Notes: generated from the letters alone by a model not told the origin. A DNA stretch of 64,000 nucleotides from the human T2T-CHM13v2.0 reference genome, Homo sapiens (GCF_009914755.1 NC_060935.1), one strand, 5' to 3'. Shown: positions 30,801 through 45,100, numbered from the stretch's first letter. Program-made: numbers and translations.

Positions 30801-31219
30801 AGAATCTTTGCTGCCTAGGGTCTGCAGGGCTATCCCCCACAGAGGAAGGCATTTTTCCTAGCAGGGAGTGAGATCTCTTCACTTTAGGGTTGGGTGTGCA
30901 AAGCGAGCAGGGGAAAGATTCAGAACCTCAGGTGAGTCCAGATGATCCTGGGAGTCAGGTGGCTGCCCTGGCATTCCCATACTGAGAAACATATTTAGCA
31001 TGAGGGGAAGAAAGGGGCAGAAAGCATGAATCTCCTTGGTGTTGGTTTTATCTCCTCTTTTCTCCTCTCTCCTCCTTTTCCTCCAGGCTGGCACCCAGCA
31101 CTGTGCTATCCTAGGAAGAAACAGCTAAATCCCAATGAAAGGTAAGGATTTTTGTCAGAAAGATTAGCTTAAATCAACAGGGTATAATTTAACTGGCTGG
31201 CTTGTAAAAACCCAGGAAA

Positions 31220-31450
31220 AGGTTTTGTGCCTTTATGGTGAATGAAAAAAAGGCAGGATACACAATTGTATTATACATTATGACCAGGTTAAAATGCCTA
31301 GAAAACCTTAGTATCAAACACAACAAAATCTTAATGTCAGTTACCTGTGTGAATCAGGACTGTCAGGATTTTTTATTTTCTGTTTTATATTTTTCTGTAT
31401 TTTTCAAGTACTCTGCAATGAAGAGGTGTTATTTCTAGCGTCAGAAAAAC
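31220..31450 (+). mobile_element. Old L1 (L1ME-like) 3' fragment
   Basis: gtgaatgaaaaaaaggcaggatacacaattg...ttttctgtatttttcaag. Confidence 0.55.
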
Positions 31451-31909
31451 AAAATCCTTTGTTTAGTACTTGAGAACTAATTGAACTGTGGGCCCCACCC
31501 CCTTCCCTACTCTGTGTTTCTTCTGGGCCCCTGGATCTCCCTGCCAGGGCCTTGTTCCCAGGAGGTGGTTGAGAAATTTCGGTAAACGCATGACGTCTTG
31601 CTTGAAGAGTCAGACAAATAAGTGATTCTAGGGCAGGAAGGAGAGCCCTAGCCCACTCTCAGGTGGAAAAGACCTGAAGGGTGGGGAGCCCACAAGATGG
31701 GCACAGCCAATGTGATCGGGCAATCCCCAGGGTGGAGTGGGCCGCTCCCCTCCTGGCGGAGGCTGCATTTGGCCATCAGCCTGGATGAACCCAGCCTGGG
31801 CAGGGAACATGGGCTGCCTAGAAGGGGACCTGGGGAGCCCATGTGGTGTGTGTGGCTGTGTGGCAACAGCGTCCGACACTGCCATGGGAAAGCATGGATT
31901 CCCTGAACA

Positions 31910-32090
31910 CCTCCCTAGTATGCATTGGGCTGACCCTTTCTTTACACACAGTCATTTAATCCACACACTAACCTACCAGGCAGGCGTCATTATCCCATTT
32001 TACCAGCAAGAAAATCCACTTCAGAAGGATTAAGGGTCACGCAGCTAGTATCTAGCAGAGGTGCTCTTAACCACCATGGCATACTGCCTT
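31910..32090 (-). mobile_element. MIR
   Basis: tcatttaatccacacactaacct...ttatcccattttacc...ggtcacgcagctagta. Confidence 0.7.
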
Positions 32091-33106
32091 GAAACAGTCT
32101 TCAGCTTCCTGCTTGGCAGAATGGCCTGTCTTTTGCCTTTCAGTGTCTCTTGCCTTTCAGTGGCCCCACTGATGGTTTAGTGATTGCAAGTGATGACACT
32201 TTAACTGTGGCCATGGAGAAAGGAGCTACTGCTCACTTGTTCATCTCTCAGGGATGGCAGGGGCCTCATCCCCACCCCTTCCCCTGGCTCTCCTGGACTG
32301 TTTTGGGCTGTGGGGGGAAGATAAGGCTCTGTGGCCTTGGAGATAGGGAGGAGACCCTTGGGGAAGTGACTGGTCTCAGGTCTCAGGTCTCGGGAAGAAG
32401 GCTGGTCTCAGGTCCCAGGTTAAGGTGAGTTCCCATTGCTGAGGGCATTATAATCAGGGCCTGAACAGGTCAGTTTGGATTCTTCAGAAGGGAGGAGCAA
32501 AGTGATTTTTTGAGCCAGCCTTTAGATCACAGCCTAGGCTGACAAGTGTATGGCTGCACAAGCCGAGAAGAGCCCCTTCTCTTCTTAGAAGCTCGGAGAA
32601 GTTGCAATCAGATAGGACTTGAATGTGAGACCGCCTGAGACTACCAGGTCCATCTGGGTTTTGCTGCCCCCATTCACCCCGAAACAGCTGTTTTCTCCTA
32701 GAGTGGGGGCTCAACCTCATGGAGACACCATGGGAACAAATGGCTCTGACATCTAGAGTCCAATGTACAGCTGTGTCCTCACATGAGACCAGAGGAACAA
32801 GGGTCAGTGGAGACTCAGGGTTTCGGAACCTGCTCTCAAGAAACGGTGTGGCGCTGCCTGTCACTTGAGTGTTTTATGGGTACAGACACAAGGAAAGGCA
32901 AAACTAGAAATATATATACACTCACAAATAAAAGATTTCTATTTTTAAGTATATAAGAAATATGTTATATATATAATTATATGCATCAATAGATAAATAA
33001 ATAAAAATTAAAATCTAGATATTTATACATATAAATTTGTAGCACCGTCTGCCAATCTGGTGGCATTTCCCCATATATGTGAGAAGAAAAAGAAATGTAC
33101 GTATGT

Positions 33107-33461
<355 letters not shown>

Positions 33462-33734
33462 TTATGTATACTTATACATTTCGCTATTATATATGTATAT
33501 ATATAACTATATAAAGTAATATATACTAATATAAACATCTATGGATAAAATAAACACAAGCTAAACATACACACACATACACACACACACACGCAAATGC
33601 ACCTGCATTTATACCAGGGGCCATTAGGCCCTTTTGCAACCTACTAGCAGCGACAGGAGCCAAAGAAGCCACAGAAGTCTTTCCCTGCCAGTTCCATGTA
33701 ATCCCATGCTGATGGCAAACACCTGGCCAGCGAC

Positions 33735-34005
33735 TTTAGGGGCCAAGGGAAAACTTCCCCTTTGCCCTCTAAATATTTGCTGAAACATCAACTGACCAAA
33801 GGCAGATGAATAGGAGAAAAGGCAGACACATTCATTAATGTGCATGAGGGAGAACTATCGAGTGGCGATTCCAAGCCCCCGATGGGGTACAGAAGCTCAT
33901 ATATCCTTTTCATAGGGGAGGGAGAAGATAGGAATGCAGACAATTTTTTGAGGGGTGGTAAATAATTATTAAGGAGAATGAATGGACCAGAAAGACAGAA
34001 AAAAA
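33735..34005 (-). mobile_element. ERV1 LTR fragment (MER34/MER39-like)
   Basis: ggaaaacttcccctttgccctct..gctgaaacatcaactgaccaaaggcagatgaataggagaaaaggca. Confidence 0.65.
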
Positions 34006-34321
34006 AAGGGCAGGTGGACAACAAGACCACAGAGGGCCTTTCTATCCTTTAGATTCAAAGATTCTCCCATTTCAGGACACTCAGATATGGACAGCGGACA
34101 GGGGTAGAGGCGGGGCAGTGGGTTGGTGCCTTCCCCACCCTGGGTCAGAGGCTGTCAGAGCCTAGGCCCACCCACTCATGGTGTAACCATGGGTATCCTG
34201 GCCACATGCCAACGACATGGTGTTTATGTGGCTCCCGATGAACCTTCCTTCTCCTGAGGGTGGGGGAGCCTGGCCCCTGGGCTTAGGGTACACCTCTCTC
34301 TGAACTAAAGAAACATTTCCT

Positions 34322-34630
34322 GGCAGGGCACAGAGGCTCATGCGTGTAATTTCAGGACTTAGGGATGCTGAGGGGGGGCAGATTGCTTGAACCCAGGAAT
34401 CTGAGACTAGCCTGGCAAGATGGCAAAAACCCATCTCTACAAAAAAATAAATAGAAAAATTAGCTGGGCATGGTGGGGCACACCTGTAGTCCCAGCTACA
34501 TGGGAGGCTGGGGTGGGAGGATCACTTGAGGCCAGGAGGTTAAGCCTTCAGTGAGGCATTATCACACCACTGTACTCCAGCTTGGATGACAGAGAGAGAT
34601 CCTGTCTCAAAACAAACAAACAAAAAAAGT
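34322..34630 (+). mobile_element. Alu (AluJ-like)
   Basis: Diverged dimer with (AAAC)n tail. Confidence 0.92.
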
Positions 34631-35309
34631 AAAATGAGAAAGAAGAGAAATTTTATATCATGTGCTGGGGGGAAGGGGTTGTCCAAGCTGGGCACTGGGC
34701 ACACAGAAGATAATTATCAATTTCTGCTTTTGGATAGAGGCAAACAGACCCAGGCCCAGCCCAGGAGGCTTGGTGCTGAGGCAGGGGGACACTTCAAGAA
34801 TGCAGGAGCCAGAGGAAGGGTCCCAACTCTAGGAACACATGCCCAGGGAATTTGGAGGGCTAATTCTTCCTTCCCTGCCAGTTCCAGGAAGGTCTCCAAT
34901 AGCCTTTGGGGCCCACACTGGTGGCCTCAGAACAGCTAGGGGTATGCTGAGTCTGCCCGCTATCCAGGCCCCAGATACAGAGTCATGGGCAGCCCGGCTT
35001 GTCCTGCTGGACATCAGGAGCGTCACGGCTGCCTCATATGGCCCGTTGGGTAACTGGGAAGAGGCTGACAGTTTGTGGTTGTTGAGTAACCACTGGGCTT
35101 CCTGAAACTTCTAGTTTCTTTCAGGACCACTCCCCATCTTCCTCTTTCAGGGCCGGGCTGAGGGCTGGGGAGTATTCGCATGCCCACATTCATTTATTCA
35201 TTCATTCAACAGTCTCTGCTCACCACCTCCCCTGCTCCTGCCCTGGCCTGGGCTTGGGGGGACCCAGAGAGACGTCCATAGGGTTCTGCCCTCCTGGATT
35301 CTCTGGCTC

Positions 35310-36275
35310 AGACGATGGCCCCATCATATACTCCTGCAGCCAAGGCAGAAATCCAGGCATCAGCCCGGACTCTTCCCTCACGCCCCCTCGTGTGCCCCCT
35401 TCTGTTTTCCTGCAGTGCCCTGATGTCCTCTGTTGCATTGTTTATCATCTTTTATTGTAAAGGCTCCAATTGTCCATTTCCCCATCTAGATGCAATGAAG
35501 GCAGAGGCTGTGTCTATCTTGTTCCCTGCTGTATTCTGGGCACCTGGCACAGTGCCTGGCACTTAACAGGTGCTAATTAAACACTGTTGATTGAATTACT
35601 TAGTCCCTTTGATTCCATTTGCTTGATACTCATTGAATCCATACCCTCCTGTCTCCCCCAGCCGCAGTCTTTGCTCAGATAATTCCACCTGGGCACTGGA
35701 GCAGTTTTCTGACTGGGCTGCTTATCTTACCTCCACCATTCAGTCTATTTTCCACATTATAGCTGGAGTGGTCATTCTAAAGTGCCCATCTATCCTACTC
35801 TGAATCCTTCCCTGGCTTCCCATTACTTACAGGAACAAGGACACTTTCCTGGGATGATAAAAAAAGGACAGCAGATATGACTGATGAGACTAATCTCCAT
35901 ATCCTGTGAAAATGCTCAAGAAGATATGCAGAAATCCAAAAGCTTGCAGTGATGCTTTAGAAACTAAAGATAAGAGAAGATCACAGGGTAAAGTGCAAGG
36001 GAGAAATTGCGCTAACCAGATGGTAGATGGGGCCAGATTGAGAAACACATTCTTAGACAACACACCACCTGCTACTCCCTTTGGAACAGAACAGCATGTG
36101 TCATCTGTGCCGTTAACTGACCATGTCTTATCCCCCACCTTTCAAGGCCTTTAAGGACAAAGACCATATCTAATTTATCTTGGTATCTCTGGCACCCGGC
36201 ACAGGACTTGACACATAGTAGGCACTCAATACATATTTATTGAATGAATCAGAGGATTAAATGAATTAATGAATG
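35310..36275 (+). mobile_element. L2 LINE fragments (several 3' ends)
   Basis: cacctggcacagtgcctggcacttaacaggtgct; acacatagtaggcactcaatacatatttattgaatgaat. Confidence 0.75.
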
Positions 36276-36419
36276 AAGAACCGAAGGTTCCAAAGTAGAT
36301 AAGAGAGACTAATCCCCACTGCCTACACCAGTCTCAGAGACTCAGGGGCAGCAGTGACCAGATGGATGTTTGGTCATGGCTTAACAACACAGAAATTATC
36401 TTCCAAGCCGGTCAGAATG

Positions 36420-36640
36420 ATTGAGGGAATGGATTCTGGGATCAGATCATGTAGGTAGTTATGGTTCCACCAGATTTTAGCTGTGTGAGCTTGGACAAGT
36501 TATATAACCTCTCTGTGCCTCACCTTGGTCATCTGTAAAATGGAAACAGTAAAAGTACTATTTACAGGAATGTTGTACTGTTTACAGTACTGTTTACAGA
36601 AATGTTGTGAGAACTAAATTAATGTGTGTGCATAAATTTA
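36420..36640 (+). mobile_element. MIR
   Basis: tagctgtgtgagcttggacaagttatataacctctctgtgcctca...catctgtaaaatgg. Confidence 0.85.
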
Positions 36641-37446
36641 GCACATATGTATTTAGTGTATATATATACACAAATGCACACACATAATACATGAATTTAC
36701 ATACACAGAGTGCTGTTCAAGTGCCATGATATGATGATGAAAATTCCCCTAATCGACCCCGGTCAGCTTCTTTTTCTGTGTCTACACTGGCTGTCCAATG
36801 GTGGAACTGAGACTTCCACAATTATTGAGCTTTACTGCATAAGGTTGAAAGGATCAGGGGGCAGTCCTTAGCCTGGCTTTATTTCCGCCTGATCAAGAGA
36901 GAGTGAACAAAAACAATCAATATGGAATCTGTGAGAAGATCTCACAGCACCGGCAGGAAGAAAATTGTCCCGAAGGTTCAGATGAAGAGTTTATTATCTC
37001 AGAAATGATTTTCTGTAAGAAAGAATAAAACTCTAAAAGTCATCTGTTTGGTATTCTCAAAACAAACAAACAATCCAGGAAGCTTTGATTTAGTGGTTAT
37101 TTGCTGAGTACCTCCCAAGTGGGCAAAAGATATGAATAGGCAGTTCATCTAAATGAAGATGCAAATGGCTTTCAAATATATGAAAAGATGGTTGGTCTCA
37201 CTCATAAGAGAAATGCAAACCACAACTACAGTGAGCTATGATTTCTCACCTATCAGACTGGCAAAAATCCAAGAGTTCCATATGAAAGGTTATGAGGCCA
37301 TAGAGATTTTACTTTGAGGAATTCGCCCCTCCTTCATTTTCAGCCCTGTTGTTTAGCCGAGATTTCCTCCACTCCAGCTCTGGGGTTGCCCTGCCTGGCT
37401 TAAGCTTGCTAATTTCTCATCATCCAGAGATCATTAAAAATTATTA

Positions 37447-37762
<316 letters not shown>

Positions 37763-37932
37763 CTACTTAAACATGCTGAGCTTTAGTTTCCTCATCTGTA
37801 CAATGCAGACAAAAGTAGAGATCCATTAAACACAGCCAGTACAGTGTAAAAAACAGCACCTTCTACTGACTTTGGTAATTTGATAAATATACATTTAAGT
37901 ATATGTGGTTGACTAATCTAAAGATTTAAAAA

Positions 37933-38237
<305 letters not shown>

Positions 38238-38603
38238 TTACAAACTTGATCTTCACCTTCAAAATCATTATAGAAGCTAAAAGCAAGAAAAGCCAAAAAG
38301 TATAGCAAAGAACAAAAAATAAAGCAATAAGGAAGCACAAAAATGAAGCAAAATGAGGCCACATTATTATGAAATATATATAAACAAATTAAGCTAAGTT
38401 ATTGAAGGCAAATATTTTTATATTCTCATGTTTAAAAACAAAAGTCAACTACATAATATGCTGCTTACAAGAAATACTTAAAATAATACAGAATATCCAA
38501 ATACATGTATTAAAGATAAACGTGAAAAAAGAGAAAAACAAGTATTAAAAGAATATATGGGGAAGAAATGTTGGAGTAGAAAAACCTTTCTAATTATGAC
38601 TCA

Positions 38604-38940
<337 letters not shown>

Positions 38941-39004
38941 GATTGATAAATTAAATCACAGAAAAATTAAAACTTCTATGTTAAAAAAAAGTTACAAACC
39001 TAAG

Positions 39005-39372
39005 TGCTATGATTTGAACATGTCCTCCAAATTTCATGTGTTAGTGACTTAATCCCTAAATTCATTGTTGATTGGAAGTGGGGCCTTCAGGAGGCACTTA
39101 GGATTAGACAAAGTCATCAAGGTGGGGCCCACATGATGGGACTGGTAGCTTTATAAGGAGAGGAAGAGAAACCTAAGCTAGCATGCTTGCTCCATATTGC
39201 CATGCGATACCTCTCACCATGTCATGCTACAGCAGGAAGGCCCTCACTAGATGCCTGAACCATGCTCTTGAACTTCCCAGCCTCCAGAATCATGAGCTAA
39301 ATAAAACTCTATTCTTTATTAATTACCCTGTCTATGGTATTCAGTCATAGCAACAGAAAATGGACTAAGACA
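39005..39372 (+). mobile_element. MST-type MaLR solo LTR (MSTC/MSTD-like)
   Basis: TGCTATG...GGACTAAGACA termini, AATAAA, 5-bp TSD CTAAG (39000-39004 and 39373-39377). Confidence 0.92.
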
Positions 39373-39523
39373 CTAAGTAAAACCTAAAGACAAATGACAA
39401 ACTAGGAAAAAATATTTTCAATTCAGGTCACAGACAGAGGGATGAATAATCTTCCTAAAATACAATAAGCTAATGCAAATCAGTAAGACCAACAACTTAA
39501 TAGAAAAATGGCTAAAGGATATA

Positions 39524-39850
39524 CAGTCATGCACCGCATAGTGATGTTTTGATCAATGATGAACTGCATATACAACAGTGGTCCCATAGGATTATAATAC
39601 TGTGTTTTTACTGTACCTTTTCTATGTGTAGATATGTCTAGATATACGAATACTTACCATTGTATTACAATTGCCTCTAGTATTCAGTACAGGTACAAGT
39701 TTGTGGCCTAGGAGCAATAGGCTATACCATATAGCCTAGGTGTGTAGTAGGCTATACCATCTGGGTTTGTGTTCACGTTCACACAATGATGAAATAGCAA
39801 AGTGACACGTTTCTTAGAAAGCATCCCAGTCTTTAAGCAACTCATGACTG
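39524..39850. mobile_element. Tigger3a (MER7A)-like Tc1/mariner MITE
   Basis: TIRs CAGTCATG...CATGACTG flanked by TA on both sides; cctaggagcaataggctataccatatagcctagg core. Confidence 0.92.
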
Positions 39851-40308
39851 TAATGGAAAAGGAAATGGAAATGGATCATAAATTATACTTTTGTTATGAA
39901 GATATGCACTCAAAACAAAAAAAAAAACCTGACAAATTAAAACTACACTGAGACATGACTTTTCACCTATCAGACTGGCAAAAATCCAAAAGTTTGATAT
40001 CACAGTGTTGATGAGGCTATGGAGATACAGGCACTCCCATACACTGCTGGTGGAAGGGTAAATGAATACAATCTCGGTGGCTGACAATTTGACAACAGTT
40101 ATCACATCTTCAAATGCACAATCCTTTTGATCGAGTAATAAGTTTCTGTGAAATTTTCCTACATATATTTACACCCAAGCAAAAAAATATGTACAAGGCT
40201 ATTCATTGCAGCATTGTTTGTACTAGCAAAAAATTGGCAACAACCCAAATGTCCACCAACAGAGGACTGGTTAAATACATTATGGTATGACTATACAATG
40301 GGATACTA

Positions 40309-40755
<447 letters not shown>

Positions 40756-41269
40756 TCACACAAAGGAACTCAAGGATACGCAATAAACTAACAAAAACAC
40801 TTTCCAGGTTAAGAGTGAAGGGAGCAGTGGAAATCAGGCAACTGAATGATGGGGGATGGAGGGAGACATTTCTCTGAATATCTTTTTTTCCTATACTATA
40901 ACATTTTTGAACCATATATTACTCATTCCAAATTTTAAATAGAAAAGTTAAATGACACAACAAGTTTACATTTGGAAGCACAGACAAAGCTATGTTGGCT
41001 AAATGCAAATGAAATAAAGCAGGGGATGGTAGTAGTGATGTAAGAAATATTTTAAAATATGGCTAAAAGCATTAGATGGGACAAAAAGGGGACACTTTTA
41101 TCTATAAAAATATGTAAGCCATAGTGAGGATGTACTTTTATATATTGAATAACAGAGGATCAAAATAGATGAAATAGCAATAGAAGGAGAGGTTGATATA
41201 AACAAAAAAGTAGTGGGAGACACATCATTTTCAGCCTGCTGGGTTATATAAGTGAAAAAGAAATACTGA

Positions 41270-41533
41270 GGCTGGACGCAGTGACTCATGCCTATAATCC
41301 CAGCACTTTAGGAGGCTGAGGCAAGCAGATTGCTTAAGCCTAGGAGTTCAAGACCAGCCTGGGCAATATGGTGAAACCCCATCTCTACTAAAAATATAAA
41401 AAATTAGCTGAGTGTGGTGGCACCAGCCTGTAGTCCCAGCTGGGAGGCTGAGCTGGGAGGATCACCTGAGCCTGGGAAGCCGAGGTTGCAATGAGCTGGG
41501 CTGGGCAACAGAGCAAGACCCTGTCTCAAAAAA
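41270..41533 (+). mobile_element. Alu (AluJ-like, right-arm deletion)
   Basis: Dimer whose tail has expanded into a purine microsatellite. Confidence 0.92.
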
Positions 41534-41783
41534 GAGGAGAGAAAGAAAGAAAAAGAAAGAAAGAAAGAAAAAGAAAGAAAGAAAGAAAGAAAGGAAGGAA
41601 GGAAGGAAGAAAAAGAAAGAAAGGAAGAAAGGAAGAAAAGAAAGAAGAAAGGAAGGAAGGCAGGCAGGCAGAAAGAAAGAAAGAGAGAAGAAAACAAAAG
41701 AAAAGAAAAAAAGGAAGGAAGGAAGGAAACGAAAGAATGAAAGAAAGGAAGGAAGGAAGGGAGGAAGAAGAAATAAAGAGAAA
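41528..41783 (+). repeat. Compound (GAAA)n/(GGAA)n/(GGCA)n polypurine tract, ~255 bp
   Basis: Almost pyrimidine-free run read directly from the sequence. Confidence 0.97.
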
Positions 41784-42117
41784 ATTATTTTTCAATATTA
41801 TATATGTGTGTTACTTACGTATATAGTACAACTAGGCAAATAAAATATCAAGAGGTGAATCTATAAAAAGAAAACACACATCTCCCTTAAAAATATCCAT
41901 GGAATGCATAAAAAGTAAATTATAAAAAATAAAATATTCACCAACTACAGACTTTACCCTTTCTTTACAGACTTTAATTTAACCTTTCTTCCTCCACATA
42001 CCTGCAACAAAACTAGAAACTCATAACATGTTTAAGCAATAAACAGAACTCCAAAACCTAAATATTCCCCTAAAAAGACTTTTGGTTGTGTCAAAGAGTA
42101 ATTACAAATTCAATTAC

Positions 42118-42216
42118 TACTATATTATAGTATTATAATATATAATATTTTATATATATTATATATATTATTGTTATAATAATTTATAACAATTATAACT
42201 ATTGTTATAAAACAAT
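42118..42216. repeat. AT-rich low-complexity region with short inverted repeats
   Basis: (TA)-rich; ATTGTTATAA / TTATAACAAT / ATTGTTATAA. Confidence 0.9.
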
Positions 42217-42338
42217 GATAAAGAAAGCTTTACATATCAAAATGTATGTAACATAGACGAAGCTGAATTCAGAGGGAAATGATAGCCTTAAAAATGCTTA
42301 CATTATTGAAAAAGAATGACAACAAAATAGGTATTCAC

Positions 42339-42647
42339 ATTTATTTATTTATTTATTTATTTATTTTGAGACAGAGTCTTGCTCTGTCACTCAGGCTGGA
42401 GTACAGCGGCATGATCTTGGCTCACTGCAACCTCCAACTCCTGGGTTCAAGTGATTTTCACGCCTCAGCCTCCCGAGTAGCTGGAATTACAAGCGTGTGC
42501 CACCATGACCGGCTAATTTTTGTATTTTTAGTAGGGACGGGGTTTCATCATGTTGGCCAGGCCAGTCAAACTCCTGGCCTCAAGTGATCCACCCACCTCG
42601 GCCTCCCAAAGTGCTAGGATTACAGGCATGAGCCACCGCACCCAGCC
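42339..42647 (-). mobile_element. Alu (AluS/J-like) with (TTTA)n tail
   Basis: Reverse dimer; TSD TA(G/A)GTATTCAC. Confidence 0.95.
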
Positions 42648-43189
42648 TAAGTATTCACTTTAATAAGCTTGTAGAAAAAGAACAGAAAAGCTACCCAAGG
42701 TAATTAAGAGGGAGAAAATAGTAAAGATAAAAGCCAGAACTTAATTACTTAGTAAACTATAGAGCTGAGAAATAAATTCAAATGTGTTTTAAACAAGCAA
42801 GCAAAAAAATTCCTTAGTATGGCATTATAAAACCCTTCGTGGCTTGGCCCTGGTGAACCTCTTAACTTTATCCCTTGACAGTGTCCCTGCACACTCAACT
42901 CCTGCCATTCTGAACTATAGACTCCTTGCTATTTGAACTCAGCAACCTGGCTGATGCAGATAAAATTTTGGAGATAGGGCTGATATCCCTGATTCTTTGA
43001 GCTCCTGTCACTTCTTACCACTGACATTCACTAGTGAAGTCCACCTGTCCTGTAAGGCCCAGCTCAAAGGTCCCCTCTTCCAGGTAGGCTTTGTGGATTG
43101 GAACAACTACAACACAAGCCAGCGTGGGAGGAGCACCGCTAGAGTGGGTGAACCCAACATGTGTAGATTAACAGGTTAATGAGCGAAGC

Positions 43190-43600
43190 TAAACCCAACT
43201 GTGGGCATGGAGGAAAGCTGGCTACTGGAGGTGGCATTTGAGCTGGTTCATGGAGGAGAAATGGGATTTCAGTCTACTGGAGCAGGGGAAACAGCCCCCC
43301 AGGAAGAAGGAAAAGCATGAGCCAACATGGGGGCGTGTGTATGAAAGGACAGAGTGTTTGGAGAATGGTGGGACGTTCCATGTGACTGCAGCGTAGAAGG
43401 CTGAGGAGGAGTGGGGACAGGTGAGTGAAGAAAGGTCAGCAGGGCAGGTCACACAGGGCCCTGAAGGACACTGCGCCGAGGGCATATGCTTCATCCTGCC
43501 ACTGGTGATGGGGAAGGGTCAGAAGTATTGTGAGGCTGGGACTGCCAGACAGTGAGTTGCCTGAGGCTCACCCTCACTGAGAAGGAGGAATGTGGGGCGG
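43190..43600 (-). mobile_element. L2 LINE fragment
   Basis: ggaggtggcatttgagctgg...caggtcacacagggccctgaagg...catcctgccactggtgatggggaag. Confidence 0.65.
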
Positions 43601-44321
43601 TGGATGGTTTGTGGGAGATTCCATAAGCTGGCAGGCTGCCCAGGAGGAGCTAGGGGGAGATGGGGTCAGAGGCCTGGGGAGTGGGGAAGGGGCCCATCTC
43701 TGAGTTTGTTTCTCCTCCCTGACCCATTTCCTGGTTCCTGCACACCAACACCCTCCCCAACCCTCATCACAACCAGGTAGGGTCTAGGAGGCAGCTCCTG
43801 GCAGCTACCCCAGTCACCACAGATAGAGTCACAGGGCTCCATCCATTTGTCTGTCCCAGCCCCCAGAGGGGCCTCTGTGGTCAGGTCTTTGTGTCTGCAC
43901 AGTGGCCCTCTTTGTCCTGAGCAGCCTGTCCCCATCCCACCTCCCTCCTGCGCTTCTCTCTCTCCTGCCTGGGTCACAAAAAGCACCAGCTTCGAAGAGA
44001 GCCAGGCCAGAACTCTGATCTTGGCTTCCCCCACTGAGTCTCTGTGTGACCCTGAGCAAGTTACTTTGCTTCATGGATTTTTAGTTTTTTGGTTCTGTGA
44101 AAAAGAGCTGTTGTAAGCAATCAAACTCCTGGCAAGGAGTTTGGCCTGCCACCCGGTGCTGAGACCCAGATAACAAATCATGAACTCGGAGACTCTTACC
44201 TCATCCTCATGCTGTTCACTGGACCTCTTACCACCAGCTCCCACCTCATTCTCACCCTCACCCTTTTGGCCAGTGGCTACCATTCTCCCACTTGACAGAC
44301 AAGGAAACCAAGGCCTGACGA

Positions 44322-44517
44322 CAGGGCTGACTTTGTGGGCATGTGACCTGGACAGTAAGGGTCATGATTTGAAGTGTTAAATACTCTGCCATCACCATCT
44401 TGAAATTCTTAATTTTTTCTTATTTTTTCATTCTTTTGTTGGAAATTTTAAATTTTTGAATGAGGGGCCCACATTTTCATTCTGCTCTGGGTCCCGCAGA
44501 TTAAGTAGCTGGTCCTG
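44322..44517. mobile_element. MER91A-like hAT-Tip100 element
   Basis: CAGGGCTGACTT...catcttgaaattcttaat...ggggcccacattttcatt...GTAGCTGGTCCTG with imperfect TIRs. Confidence 0.8.
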
Positions 44518-45100
44518 CTTGAGGGGAGATGGAACAGAGGCATGCCCAGGCCTGGACTAAGCTTCCTGCATCCCAGGCGGCCTCACTTGGGTGCCCGCAT
44601 CCTGGCATGCTGAGAGCTAGAGTTTCCAGGCTGCGTTTGGCATCAGAGCCCTGGACCCTGCCCAGGAAACCTGAGGAGCACAGTTCTCGGCTGGCAAGGG
44701 AAGGGAGGATGGTGCAGGTCAATGCAGCAGTTCAGGGAGCAAGTAAGACAAGGCTGCTAGAGCCAGCCCAGCCCTGTGTAACTGGAGCTGCCAGTGTGGG
44801 TCCCAATGCCATGACCCAGCCATAACTCTGGGAACTCAGCAGGGCCTTCCTTCCCATCAGGCTGCAATTCTGGGGCCAGGAGACCCACCGCAGATTCACT
44901 GCTTTGGACTTTCGCTTCCCCTTTCTGAACCTGTTTCTCTACATGTCACATGAGAATAAAATAATGCCTATCTCACAGGGTTCTGGAGAATATTAAGCGA
45001 GATACCTTAAACTTAATGACTAGCACAAAGAAGGTGACCACTAAAATAGAGTTCTTACTCATTCACTCATAATATATTGTGACAAATGTTCAGGGACAGG

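Larger units (their letters stand above)
30862..32424 (+). ncRNA. Candidate spliced transcript (lncRNA or small-ORF), exon-like segments 30862/30888-30931, 31087-31141, 32161-32424
   Basis: Donors CAG|gtgagt (30931), AAG|gtaagg (31141), AAG|gtgagt (32424); long polypyrimidine acceptor ending ctccag at 31086; acceptors tttcag at 32143 and 32160. No expression data. Confidence 0.35.

Noticed and set aside
35151-35460. Possible fourth exon continuing the 30.9-32.4 kb frame for about 100 more codons (acceptor cctctttcag at 35150)
   Set aside because: Picked post hoc among several equally good acceptors (e.g. 32701, 35124) and largely L2-derived; not supportable without RNA data
41404-41843. K/E/R-rich and F/L/S-rich ORFs
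   Set aside because: Translations of the GAAA/GGAA microsatellite
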